Assembly (NCBI GenBank): GCA_965112735.1
Contig: OZ218955.1
Coordinates: 1,984,001-2,048,000 of the forward strand
Source of the DNA: Phaeosaccion multiseriatum
Lineage: Eukaryota; Protista; Ochrophyta, other classes
DNA length: 64,000 nt
Reading direction: 5' to 3'
How positions within the stretch are numbered: the first letter of the stretch is position 1; each line of letters starts with the position of its first letter. Below the pieces are notes generated by a model. It did not search any database, was not told the origin of the DNA, and worked only from the letters and a program-made list of their open reading frames with translations. This document shows, piece after piece, positions 21,494 through 33,061 of this stretch. A program made the translations under genes and the position numbers.

Positions 21494-23104
21494 ATGGGCG
21501 CCTTCTTGAGGCCCTCGTGCCAGCGCCAAGGCGCAGCGCTGCTCTCCGCAGTGTCATTGCTCGTGAGTGTCTCGACAAGGCGAGGAGGAGGGGCCTTCCT
21601 TCTCACGTCGCCGAAGGGATGTCGGAGTAGAGCGGAAGGATCGCGCAGGTGGCACTCCTCAGGCACAGCATCAGCGTCACGCCGTGTGTCAGTGCAGGAG
21701 TACTTGTCTGACCTGCGTAAAGTGCTTCCTCTCTCCACTCTCTCGACTGACAATGGCTTCAGGAAGGGTCGAGGGGGAAGGCAGCAAGAGGAGGAGAAAG
21801 AGCATGATGGGGACTTTTTGAACTTTCACGTAGCCTGGCCCCCCTCGTTCCAGTACGCTGAGCGGGTGAGGTATGACGAAATGGCCGCAGAGGAGCTCAA
21901 CGCGGCCGTCCGAGTGTGGGCCGAGGGGGCGTTCAACACTGGAGAGACCAAAGTGCTAAAGATGCTGGAGGGGTTCGACTTGGGGCATCTCGCCTGTCTC
22001 ATGTACCCCAGTGCCTCCTCCGAGCGGAGGACATGGTTTTGCAAGTACACGTTCCACATAGGGCTCCTTGACGAGTTTCTCTTCGAAGGAGGAGTAGGAG
22101 GGGAAGGACAAGGGGGCGAAGAGGACAGCTCCTTCGCGCTTGCCAAGCAGTGGTACGATGTACTGCTTCCGGAGGGACACAGCGACAGCGACAGCGGCAG
22201 CGAGGTCGTGCCAACACCGGCGACCATGCAAGGCCTTCCTCTGGCCCACACTTGGAGAGAAGTATGCGAAGAGGCCAAAGCTTTCGCCACGGAGGAGGAG
22301 CTTCGAGCGCTGAGAGCGCAGTTGCTGCACTCCGTTGAGGCCTCGGCCATGGAGCGCGTGGTCCGGGAGGAAATGAGAAGCAGCAGAGGGGCGACGCAGG
22401 GGGGGGGGAGGTGGTGCTTGACACTGGAAGAGTACGGGTTATTGCGGGTGAGCGCTTCCAACGCGTGGGCCTTCTTCGACGTCCCCATTCTGGCGTGGAT
22501 GAACAACGAGGATGCCGACAGTTGTGACAGCAGCAGCAGCAGCAGCACTAGAAGCGACAGCAACAACAGCGAGAACAACGATAACAGCAGTGTGCTCTGC
22601 CACCACAGCCCCGCAGTGATGCGCTACGTGTTTAACTTGGTGCTTATTGTGGACGTTTTCAACGACTGTATATCCGCAGCGGATGAGCACGACAACGAGG
22701 GGGCGCTCAACATCATCAAAATAATGCAGCAGTTGGTGATACAGCAGCAGCAGCAGCAGGAACAGCAGGAGCAGGACAGTGGGAGTTTAGCAGGCACCGG
22801 CGGAGGTGGTGGTGGCCCTGACGTGGGAAGGCTGACCAAGACTGTGGAGAGGGGGCTGCATCGCCTGCTGCAAGAGAACGAAGAGGAGCTGGCGCAAGCG
22901 GTGCGCAGCGGCCTTGTGCAGCTCGACCCGTTTACCCTGCGCACACTCTGCCAGAGCCGACAGGCGTGCCTGGGCATGGTGCATTGGCACCTCGTGGCTC
23001 GGCGATACCGCAACGCCCTGACTCTGACGGGTAAGCGCCCAGACGGCTACCCGGCCTTGAGAGTGACAATGGCGGAGGCGGAGGTGGAGGTGGAGGGGGC
23101 GTGA
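21494..23104 (+). CDS. Microbial-type class I terpene synthase (terpene cyclase), intronless, possible organelle-targeting leader
   Basis: 536-aa single ORF with ordered motifs: LACLMYP, Asp-rich-like LLDEFLFE (22070-22087), LEEYGLLR sensor Arg, NSE/DTE NDCISAADE (22661-22687) and WHLVARRY = WxxxxxRY (22985-23008). Confidence 0.85.
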   Translation: MGAFLRPSCQRQGAALLSAVSLLVSVSTRRGGGAFLLTSPKGCRSRAEGSRRWHSSGTASASRRVSVQEYLSDLRKVLPLSTLSTDNGFRKGRGGRQQEEEKEHDGDFLNFHVAWPPSFQYAERVRYDEMAAEELNAAVRVWAEGAFNTGETKVLKMLEGFDLGHLACLMYPSASSERRTWFCKYTFHIGLLDEFLFEGGVGGEGQGGEEDSSFALAKQWYDVLLPEGHSDSDSGSEVVPTPATMQGLPLAHTWREVCEEAKAFATEEELRALRAQLLHSVEASAMERVVREEMRSSRGATQGGGRWCLTLEEYGLLRVSASNAWAFFDVPILAWMNNEDADSCDSSSSSSTRSDSNNSENNDNSSVLCHHSPAVMRYVFNLVLIVDVFNDCISAADEHDNEGALNIIKIMQQLVIQQQQQQEQQEQDSGSLAGTGGGGGGPDVGRLTKTVERGLHRLLQENEEELAQAVRSGLVQLDPFTLRTLCQSRQACLGMVHWHLVARRYRNALTLTGKRPDGYPALRVTMAEAEVEVEGA

Positions 23105-24436
23105 GCTTTGGTTTCTGTTTGACTTGACCGTCCGTCTGGTGCATGGGTTGTTGCTGCGGCAGAAATCCAACTTGGTACGAGAGGAACCGATGGTTTTATG
23201 TTTGTTTTTTTCTTCTTCCCTTGGACATTTCTTAATTTAAAAGATTTATTTTTTTAATTTTTTTGAATTGAGGCCTGCTGCTATCCAATGGGATATTCTC
23301 TCTCTCACAGAGACAATAGTCTTCCAACCCTTTTGGAGGGAGGCAGGGAAAGGGGGGGGGGGGGCGGAAGAAGTTCGTGACGGTATCGAACTATGGTCTT
23401 CGCGACGCCTCCAGCCTGACACACAGGCAACGAGGCCTCCCGTGCGAGGACATGACCCGCTCCTTGTCCGCTCAAGCTGTATGCCCGTAAGCCATCACCC
23501 GGTACCTTCGCCCCTCTTGGCTGTCCCCTCTCCCACTCTCCTTCCCTTCTCCACCAGTATCCCCGGCAGGTATACCGTCCTTCGCTTTGTAAAAAAAGTG
23601 GTACCTTGTACAGCACCGCCCCCAATCTTCGCTAGGGACGGCACACGAGAATCAGGGACAGAGCTGACAAATCCTCGCCCTTTCACTCTCCTCGGGGGGC
23701 CAACATTCGTCTGAGGAGAAGTAACACGCTCGACTCAAGCCTTGGGAGAGGAGTCTTCATCCCTCCATTCCTTCCTTCCTTCCATCCTTCCTTCCTTGCT
23801 TCCTTCCTTGCTTCCTTCCTTCCTTCTCAACGGTGCCCATCAAGGCCAGTCTCGAGTGTCGCATGGCCAGGCACGTAGAGCGTCAGGACAAGTACATAAT
23901 AGTGTACATAATATAGCACTCCCACAGAGGCGCCTAGGCGTGACGACACGACCGCGGAACCTGCTCCTCGCGACCTCCACAAACAGCGCGCGCTCTCTCT
24001 CTCTCTCTTCCTCGCCTTGGATGATTGGAGACGGACCATTCCGCGCGAGAGGTGTTTCGCCCTCCTTCTTCCTCTTCTTTCCATGTGTCTCTCAGCTGAC
24101 GCGAGCGTGCCCATGCTCTTGGTACTCCTCCTCCTCATTTCATCTCAGCGCCCTTCCGAATCCTTGCCTGCTCTGTTCCGTGCCTCCCTACATCGGTAAA
24201 GTGTGAAGTGTGAATGTGCTCTCCGCCGCTCCAGATGAGCAGCCCCGTGTCACGGCAATTTCCGCCCCTCGGTCTCGCTACGCCCCAAGTCCCTCAATCA
24301 AAACACACACGCACGCGAGCGCTGTACATCGCATTGTGTTCACGCCACCTCCTTTGCCCTTTGCCCTTTGCCCTTCGCCCTTTCGTCCTTCTCACGCAAA
24401 CAAATGTTCTTTTGACTCAAGTTCCTCACTCATCGC

Positions 24437-25603
24437 TCAAACGAAGCGGTCGATATCTTCTTGGTCGGGCACTCTGCACTCATCCCTCTTGCCCATGAAG
24501 CGGTAGCGGTTATCGGCAACGACGTCATATGCCCTGTCTCGGATGAAACGGGGTACGAGAGCGCCGCCTACTTTGGAGAAGAACGGTACCGGTCCCTGCA
24601 GTACGTCGCCGATCTGCGGGCGGGGGGAGGGGAAGGAGAGGAGTACATGAGGGAGGAGGGAGATGGGGATGGGAGGCCACAGACAAGCCAAGCCACTGCG
24701 CGTCTATTTACGTCAGGCATAGTTCTGTCATTTCGGGGGTTGTTCGCATGAGTGACTTGAATGACACTCGTCCTCCCTGTAGAGAGAGAGAGAGAGAGAG
24801 AGAGAGGCAGCCCCACCTTGAGGATGGCATCACTCTTGAGCGCAAAGTCCGTCTCATCCACGTACACGATGGACGAGATGTCGTCGGGGGACCTCCCACA
24901 CCTCTCCTGCAGCAAGGCCTTCGACTGAACGGCGCCGGGGGGGGGGCAGGGGGGAGGAGGGGGGGGTGGTTCATATGCAGGGCGAGAGTCAAGTGGACGC
25001 CCGGAGATAAAGGCGCTTCGGTTCAAGCTTGGGGCGGTGATGCTGCCACCTCTGCAGTAGCAAAAGCATCGCTTTTATCTTCGTCCTTTCTTACCGCGTC
25101 AGACTGCAGAGGCGAGAAGCGGAGTTCTCGCTTCGGGTCCATGTCCAAAGCCAGATTTACCCACGTATTGCACCAGTTGCACACCCCATCAAAAAGAATC
25201 ACTGCGATGAAGAGCGGGTTCAGAGAACGGGTGGGCGGAGAGAGAAGGTGAGGTTCAGTTGCCCCCCTCAGCTGTTTCCTGAGTCATTTAAGGGGGGGAG
25301 GAGTTCTCTCGCTGGAATTTACTTACCAGGTCTCTTGTCTGTAGCGAAGATCTCCTTTGCCAGGCTCTGTGCACTTTTCACCCCTCCTGCTGCTCCCGCT
25401 GCTGCGGCTGGGGCGGCTGACGTGGAGCTCGTCCCCCTTGCGCCATTGTCAATGGCGCTCACCATGCGCAACGACTGCTCCGCTCTGGGCCCAGCTTGGT
25501 GCCTATACCCTCTGCTTAAAGATGCCGCAGGGGCAGCAAGGAAACACGTCGCCCGGGGCAGGCGGGTCATGGCAAGCAGCAACGACATGACTGGAAGCTT
25601 CAT
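24437..25603 (-). CDS. DCC1-like thiol-disulfide oxidoreductase (DUF393 family), probably organelle/plastid-targeted
   Basis: Exons 25603-25327, 25201-25095, 24924-24817, 24613-24437: RPVILFDGVCNWCN (DxxCxxC), RFSPLQS, KSDAILKI, PRFIRDRAYDVVADNRYRFMGKRDECR. N-terminal signal-like plus transit-like extension. Confidence 0.9.
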
Positions 25604-26071
25604 CAACAAATCTCTTTCTTCTCTGTGGAGTTGTGGGGTTCCAAGCAAATCCGAAGCTCTACTGCCACTACAACTACTACTTGATCCAAGCTCCCCTCCG
25701 GTGTACAGCGTGGGAGCAGAATGGTATGGTTGCTTTTACTAAAGACAAAAATAACGAGCGACGGAGAATCGAAAATCGGGCGCAACGGACTCCGAGTCGG
25801 CAGATTTGGATTTTGTCGCGATCCGATCTCCCCCCCCAGACGGGGAAGAAGGGGAGGAGAGCCAAGCAGTAGGATTATACGTGATGAGATCAAGAGCTCA
25901 AAGGAGCAGGTGATACTTCTAAGCAAGGAAGTAACCGTAGCCGCTGCGGCGCCGGAAGGAGAGCAAGGTCTGACAGGTCCTCCCCTTCTTCCTCTGGGTG
26001 GACAACACCACTGCCCTGCCTTGCCTTGGGGGGTTGCGAGGTTGACTTGAGAGCAGCAGTAGCAGGCCACC

Positions 26072-26939
26072 ATGGCGTCAGGAGGCAAGTTCCATGTCAA
26101 GAATCGGGCGCCCGCTCCCATCCAAATCTCGGCGGAGCAGATCCTGCGGGAGGCGAGAGACCGGTCTGTCGATGTTGAGATCAAGGCACCACGGCAGCAG
26201 ATCACTGATGCAGAAGAGCTGAATGTGAGTACTATTGCTGTGGATCGTCTCATGGGGTCCTGGGGGCGGGGCTAGGAGAGGGTCGAGGCAGGGGAAGAAG
26301 GTGAAAGCAATGAGATTGAAAACAGCAAGGACTAGGCGACCCTCCTCCAGCTCACAAGGGCGAAATTCTCAGGCGCGGAAGGAGGCTATAGAGTACGCTG
26401 TCGTAAGACGAGGCGTCTTGGGGGGGGGGTGGGAGGCGGGTAGATGCACCTAGATGCAGCTCAGCTTATGGTGAGTACCACGGGCTCTTGCTCACTCACC
26501 CCTTCCCCTTCCCCACACGTACCCGGGTCGTTGCCCACAGGTATTTCGATCGCGGAAGCGCAAGGAGTTCGAGGACGCTATCCGGGGGCAGAGGGAGTTC
26601 ATTGGGACATGGATGAAGTATGCCTCGTGGGAGGAGAGCCAGCTCGAGTTCACCAGGGCACGGTGCGTGTGTGCCCCCCTCTCTCTCTCTCTCTCTCTCT
26701 CTCGTCAATCTGCGCTCGCTGAAGTCCACAGAGCGCTACTTTGCTTGCCCTCCCGAAAGAAGATGTATTGCAGCACCGCACATACACCCCAGAACAGGAA
26801 TGCACCGTTGAACGGGACCTCGGCCGAGTGCTCAAGGGCAAGCAAGCAAGCCCGTCTCGTCCTGACCTGCCCTTGCCGTCTGAACCCCACCCCCCAAGAA
26901 CCAACCAACCAACCCTTCAACCAACCAAGTATCTAACGA

Positions 26940-26975
<36 letters not shown>

Positions 26976-28085
26976 TCTCCTTCCACTTCCCCCTTTATTC
27001 TGTCGCCGCCGTTTGGTGCCATGCATGTTCCAATCCACCCACCCATCCCCATCTCCTTTGACACTTTGACGCAAACAAACAACCAAACAAACAAATGAAC
27101 ACCAACCACACAAGGTCGGTGTACGAGCGTGCCCTCGATGTGGACCACAAGAACCGCGGCACCTGGCTCAAGTACGCAGAGATGGAAATGCGGAACAAAT
27201 TCGTCAACCATGCACGGAACATTTGGGACCGTGCAACGACCCTGCTGCCACGAGTGGACCAGTTCTGGTACAAGTATGCCTATATGGAGGAGATGGTGGG
27301 GGAAATAGGCAAGGCCCGAGCCATCTTCGAGCGCTGGATGGAGTGGGAGCCTGATGTAAACGGATGGGGCGCTTACATAATGTTTGAGATGCGTCAGGAG
27401 GAAGTGGGCCTCGCGAGGAAGGTTATGGAGAGGTACGTTACTTAGTGGCCGTTTCACGGTTGGGGGTGGCAGATGGAAGGGTGGAATCGGGGGCATGCAC
27501 GCATGCACGCACGCACGGACGCACGCACACACGCACGCACACACGCACGCACGCACACACACATATCACATGCAGCAACAACAACGAACTCACCTGAACG
27601 CACCCTTCTTGTTTGGATCTTGTTTGTCACTCCCTCTCACGCGCAGGTATGTGAACTGCATTCCATCCACGGCGTCTTTCCTCAAGTGGGCGAGATGGGA
27701 GGAGAAGCAGGTGAGGGTTTCGCGAAATTCCGCTGTTTCGTCTCTGGAAAGGGAAGGGGGATGGCACACAGCACATGTAACTGACATCATCCTTCGTTTT
27801 CTTTGCAGCAGCAGCAGCTCCTTATTATTCTCTTGTCTCTCTCTCTCTCTCTGTGTCTCTGTGTATGTGTGTGTTGTCACCCCCCCCCCCTCCCCTCCCC
27901 AGGGTCAGAAGCAGCTCGCTCGGCAAGTGTACGAGAAGGCGCTGACGGAGCTCAACGAGGAGGAGCGCACAGAGAAGCTCTTCATCAGCTTCGCCAAGTT
28001 CGAGGAGAGGTGCAAAGAGATCGACAGGGCACGCGTCATCTACAAGTTCTCTCTGGACCAGAGCAGCAAGGACCAGGTGTGTGCG

Positions 28086-28133
<48 letters not shown>

Positions 28134-28255
28134 TGTGTGTGTGCATGTCAAAATGTCTCTCTCTCTTTGTAGTTGTGTGTGGGGGGGTGTAAGTGTGTGT
28201 GGGTCATTACCATTCTCATTCACCCCCTGTGATGGCCTTCCCTTTCCTTCTCTGG

Positions 28256-28296
<41 letters not shown>

Positions 28297-28555
28297 TGTG
28301 TCCCTCCCACAGGTCCCGCTGCTTTACAAGGAGTTCATCTCCTTCGAAAAGCGACACGGCTCACAGCAGGGTAAGTTGAGAGTGAGAGCCGAGCGTGTCA
28401 TCCCAGCACAGTGCACCACACCCTAGTGGTGGAGGGGGAGGGGGGGTGGGGGTTATACAACTGGCGACGCTGGCTTTGATGGGCTCTTTCCCAACTATTT
28501 ATGACAGCATTACACTCCATCCATGCGTGGCGCCGTTTTGGCTCGTTCTCGTGGC

Positions 28556-28616
<61 letters not shown>

Positions 28617-28847
28617 TTCACCTCACTCTCGTCTCTCTCTCATCCCACTCCTCCGCGTCATATAATACGATCTCAATGGTGGAATGACCCCCCCTCCACC
28701 CCCCCTTCCCCCCTTCCCCAGGCATTGAGGAGGTGATAGTGAACAAGCGTAGGGTGCAGTACGAAGAGGAGGTGGCCAAGGAGCCCTCGGATTACGACTC
28801 GTGGTTCGACTACATCCGCTTAGAGGAGGCCGAGGGGGACTTAGACA

Positions 28848-28905
<58 letters not shown>

Positions 28906-29787
28906 TCCTCCTGCTCCTCCTCCTCCTCTTGCGCTTCCTCCTCCCTTCCCTGACCCTCCTCCTCTTCTCCTGCCGGCATATCAGATCAGAGAAGTGTACG
29001 AGAGGGCCATCGCCAACGTGCCCCCCGTGGAGGAGAAGCGCTTCTGGAGGCGTTACATTTACCTGTGGATCAATTACGCCCTCTTCGAAGAGCTGCAGGT
29101 GTGTGTGTAGGTGCGGGCCTGGGTGCTGCGTGGGTGCGTACGTGGGTGGAGATTGCGTGCGTGCGTGCGTGGGTGGGGATATGCCTTGTGTGTGTGCGTG
29201 TGTGCGTGGGTAGGGACGGGTGTGTGTGTGTGTGTGTGTGGGAAGGGTAGAGGTGCGCGTGGTGGGGGGGGGTTGGGTTGCGTTTCGCAAAGGTGTCCCT
29301 CATCATAGCATGCCCTTTCACTTCGTGTGTTGTACCTTACGTATACCTTACGTGTACCTTACGTGTGTGTCGTGCGTCCCTTCTTCCCTATCTCCTCTCC
29401 CCTAACCCCTCTCCCCTCTCTTCTCACCCCCCCCCCCTCTCCCTCTCTCCCTCCACTCCCCCCCCCTCCCCTCTCATCTCAGGCCGAGGACATGGAGAGG
29501 ACACGTGAGGTGTACAAGGCGGCGCTGTCCGTCGTCCCCCACAAGGCATTCACCTTCGCCAAGCTGTGGATCATGCTCGCGCACTTTGAAGTCCGCCAGA
29601 GGGACCTGCAGGCAGCCAGGAAGGTACGTCATTACTCTCTCTCTCTCTCTCTCTCACTGTGTGTGTGTGAGAGAGAGAGATTGTGTGTGTCATGCAGCCA
29701 GGAAGGCTCCGTGTCCGTGAGTGTGTGAGTCTTGCGTGAGTGCGCCTGTATGTGTGTGTGTGTGTTGCACACCGCTTCTCCCTCTCT

Positions 29788-29843
<56 letters not shown>

Positions 29844-31534
29844 TACACACAAACTCACGGCATGTACACCGGTACTCAATACACAAATCAGGTGCTGGGG
29901 CAGGCCATCGGCCAGTGCAAGAAGGAAAAGCTGTTCAAGAAATACATTGAGCTCGAGCTGCAATTGGGAGAGGTGGACCGCTGCCGCATGCTCTATAGCA
30001 AATACCTCGAGGCCATGCCCTACAACTGCACCGCTTGGGCCAACTTTGCTCAGCTAGAGAGCAGTGTGGGCGAGCTGGAGAGGGCGAGAGCGGTGTTTGA
30101 GCTGGCCATTGAGCAGGAGGAGTTAGACATGCCAGAGGCTCTGTGGAAGGCCTACATTGACTTTGAGATTAAGTCAGGGGAGGCGGACAGGGCCAGGGAG
30201 CTGTACAAACGCCTCCTCGACAAGACTCAGCACGTCAAGGTGAGGATGGCAGTGGATGGGAGGGGAATATATTTTATTGACTTCTTACAGGCATCACCTA
30301 AGAAACTGAAAGTGTGATTGTGAGTGTGTGCGTGTGTATATGTGCGCGCGTGAATGGGAGGGGTGGGGAGTGAGAAGTGTAGTGAGGATGGCAGTGGATG
30401 CGGTGCGGCTCCTGGTTGGGCCTGTTCGAGGGCTAGGTCTAGGGCTGGGGCACCATTGCCGACCACCGGGCCGAATCCCCTCGGTATTCCGTCTCCGGAC
30501 CACTGTTGCGGTCTTTCCGAGGGCTTGACATACAGACCACATACCCATTTCCTCATCTCACTCCCTCCCTCCCCTCTCTCCCCTCCCTCCTTCCCTCCCT
30601 CTCTCCCTCCCTCCCTCCCCCAACTCCCTTCCTCCCTCCCCCAACTCCTCAGGTGTGGACGTCCTACGCCAAGTTCGAGCAGCTGTCTGGCGACGGCATG
30701 GCGGCAGCACGTGACGTGTACACAGCAGGTTACGCCGAACTGAAACGGCAGGGACTCCGAGACGAGAGGGTGGTGCTGCTGGAGGACTGGCGCAACGCGG
30801 AGAAGAGCGTCGCTCAGGCCGACGGAGGGGAGGGATTGAAGAAGGTGAGTGAGGAGTGAGGGAAGAAGGCAGACAGTGGCGGAAATTGAATGGATGAGCA
30901 AACGTATTGTTTAGGTAGGTGGGTAGGTAAGTAGGTGGGAGGGGAGGAGGAAGAAGGTGGTAAGGTAGGTAAGTGTCGGTAGGTAGATGGTTCGGTAGAT
31001 CGGTAGGTAGGTAGGTAGATTCAATCAATGAACTGAACAACTAACCATCCTACCTGCCCCCCATCGCCCCCCCAACCCGAACCACCACAACCCAAACACA
31101 AACCCTACCACAACCACAAAACCCCCCCTCATTAGGTAACCGCCATGCTGCCTCGAAGATTCAAGAAGAAACGCATGCTCACCTCGGACTCCGGAGAGGA
31201 CATGGGATGGGAGGAGTACTACGATTATCAATTCCCAGACGACGAGAAGGCCCCGGCCAATCTCAAGATCTTGGAGATGGCGCAAAAGTGGAAGAGTGGA
31301 GGGGGGATGGGCGCGATGCTGGCAAACGCCAAGAAGAGGAAGGCGCAGGAGATGGGGGAAAGCGGTGGGGAGGGTGGGGGTGGGGGTGGGGGTGGGGGTG
31401 GGGGGAGGGAGGAGGAGAAGGGTGGCGAAGACGGAGAGGGGAAGGAGGATGAGGAGGGGGATGAGGACGAGGGGAGGGAGGAGGAGAAAGGCGGCGAAGG
31501 CCGGAAGGACATGGACGACGACCAAGAGGATTGA
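26072..31534 (+). CDS. CRNKL1: Crooked neck pre-mRNA splicing factor (CRNKL1/CLF1/SYF3), HAT-repeat protein
   Basis: 12 exons: 26072-26224, 26541-26662, 27115-27432, 27647-27710, 27903-28076, 28313-28370, 28722-28849, 28985-29098, 29483-29623, 29892-30239, 30653-30844, 31136-31534. Motifs [89 protein letters not shown]. Confidence 0.96.
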
Positions 31535-31977
31535 TTGATTGATTGCTTGTTTGGTTAATGTCGCAGCTATCTGGGTGGGTTCGAGTGTGTCCCGCTCTCC
31601 TTGCTGCGCTGCCCTAGACGACACAGACCGACCGAGTGTCACTTCGCTCACTGCTCTTTTTTATAGTTATACAAGTACAAAAGAGAGAAAGAAAGAAGTT
31701 TGATTTTTCAAAATTTTGAGTTTTGAGTTTTGGGAGAGCTCAGCAAAATGTCGGTGGGAGAACCGCTAATAGCTCTTCGTGTAGCTCTTTGAGATGCCTA
31801 TCGATCCATAGTCTTTCAGCTTTTCCCTGCTTGTCAGCATTTCAAGAGCACTCACCCTTGCCGCCCGATCTCTGAAAAACGGGCGATTTGGGCGATTCTT
31901 ACTCGTCCACCCACGAGCCCCCCTTCACCCTCACCCTCAGCCTCAGCCTCTCATCCTCCTCCTCCACCACCCATAAG

Positions 31978-32141
31978 AAGCAAGTCGTCTGACCATCACA
32001 GGAGAGCTGAATAAGTTGGCTCATAACATCGTCGCCGGCCGAGAGATGCTGGGAGTGCACTACCGCTGTGACGGCGTGGAGGGCATGAAGCTGGGGGAGG
32101 AGGTGGCGATGGCCTACTTGCAGGCCGAGCTCGATCGACAG
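31978..32141 (+). pseudogene. Orphan exon encoding C-terminal active-site segment of a vanadium-dependent haloperoxidase
   Basis: Manual translation (not in ORF track): ASRLTITGELNKLAHNIVAGREMLGVHYRCDGVEGMKLGEEVAMAYLQAELDRQ. This matches the algal/cyanobacterial vBPO pattern LT..GE(L/I)NKLA.N...GR.M.G(V/I)HYR.DG..G..LGE. Preceded by a pyrimidine tract plus AG and followed by GT donors. No upstream vHPO exons seen. Confidence 0.75.
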
Positions 32142-32869
32142 GTGGGTGAGGAGGGAGGGGGGCGGTGTGGAGGCTCCTAGTCTCACTCCCTCCCTCGCTC
32201 ACTCACTCACTCACGCACTCTCTCACTCACTCGCTCACTCACTCACTCTCTCACTCACTCACTCGCTCACTCACTTACGCACTCACTCACTCACTCACTC
32301 ACCCACCCTCCCGGACCAAGTGAAGGCCGTTTGTAGTTGAGTTGGTCAGAGAGACTCTCGTCTCCTTGTCGTCTCCTTGTCGTCTCCTTGTCGTCTCCTT
32401 GTCGCCTCGTTGGATAGAGGCGGTCAAGGATGGATATCAAGGTCAAGGAGGGCCGTGGGCGAGTCCACTCGTCCTGTAGGACGGTCCGTCCGTCCGTCCG
32501 TCCGTCCGTCCATCCATCCGAGCTCGAGGCCCTCTCTGGAGTTTGGTGGGGGCGGTTCCCTTGCTTCCTTACACACCCTTACTTACCTCTCTTCCACACT
32601 GCTGCACATGTACTCTTTCGGTGTGCCGTTACAATACCCGCCACCTCACTTGGATGACCAACTCCCTTCCGATCCGAAGCGACCCAACCGACGCCATCCC
32701 TAGACCTGAAATTCCATTGGAGACCTTTACGAAGCTCTGACGCACTACCTCACAGCGAATGAATGAATCATTCGGGAGGGAGGGCTTCGATCAGAGAAAG
32801 AGTGTGGGTGTCGCCCTCTCCCCTCTCCCCCCCCCCCAACTGGCTCAACGCAATGCTGCTGCTCCACAC

Positions 32870-32923
<54 letters not shown>

Positions 32924-33061
32924 GCTGCCGTCCTCCTCTCCGGACCGCCATCACAAAGGGGTCAATGTCCCCCGTCCTCCGCGTGTGTGTGTGTTGCTGC
33001 TACTGCTGTTGGTCATACGCTTGCCTGGAGTGGAGCCCTCCTACGTAAGAGGTCCCATATA

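Noticed and set aside
23268-24430. ORFs downstream of the terpene synthase as tailoring enzymes
   Set aside because: No P450, prenyltransferase or other enzyme motifs seen.
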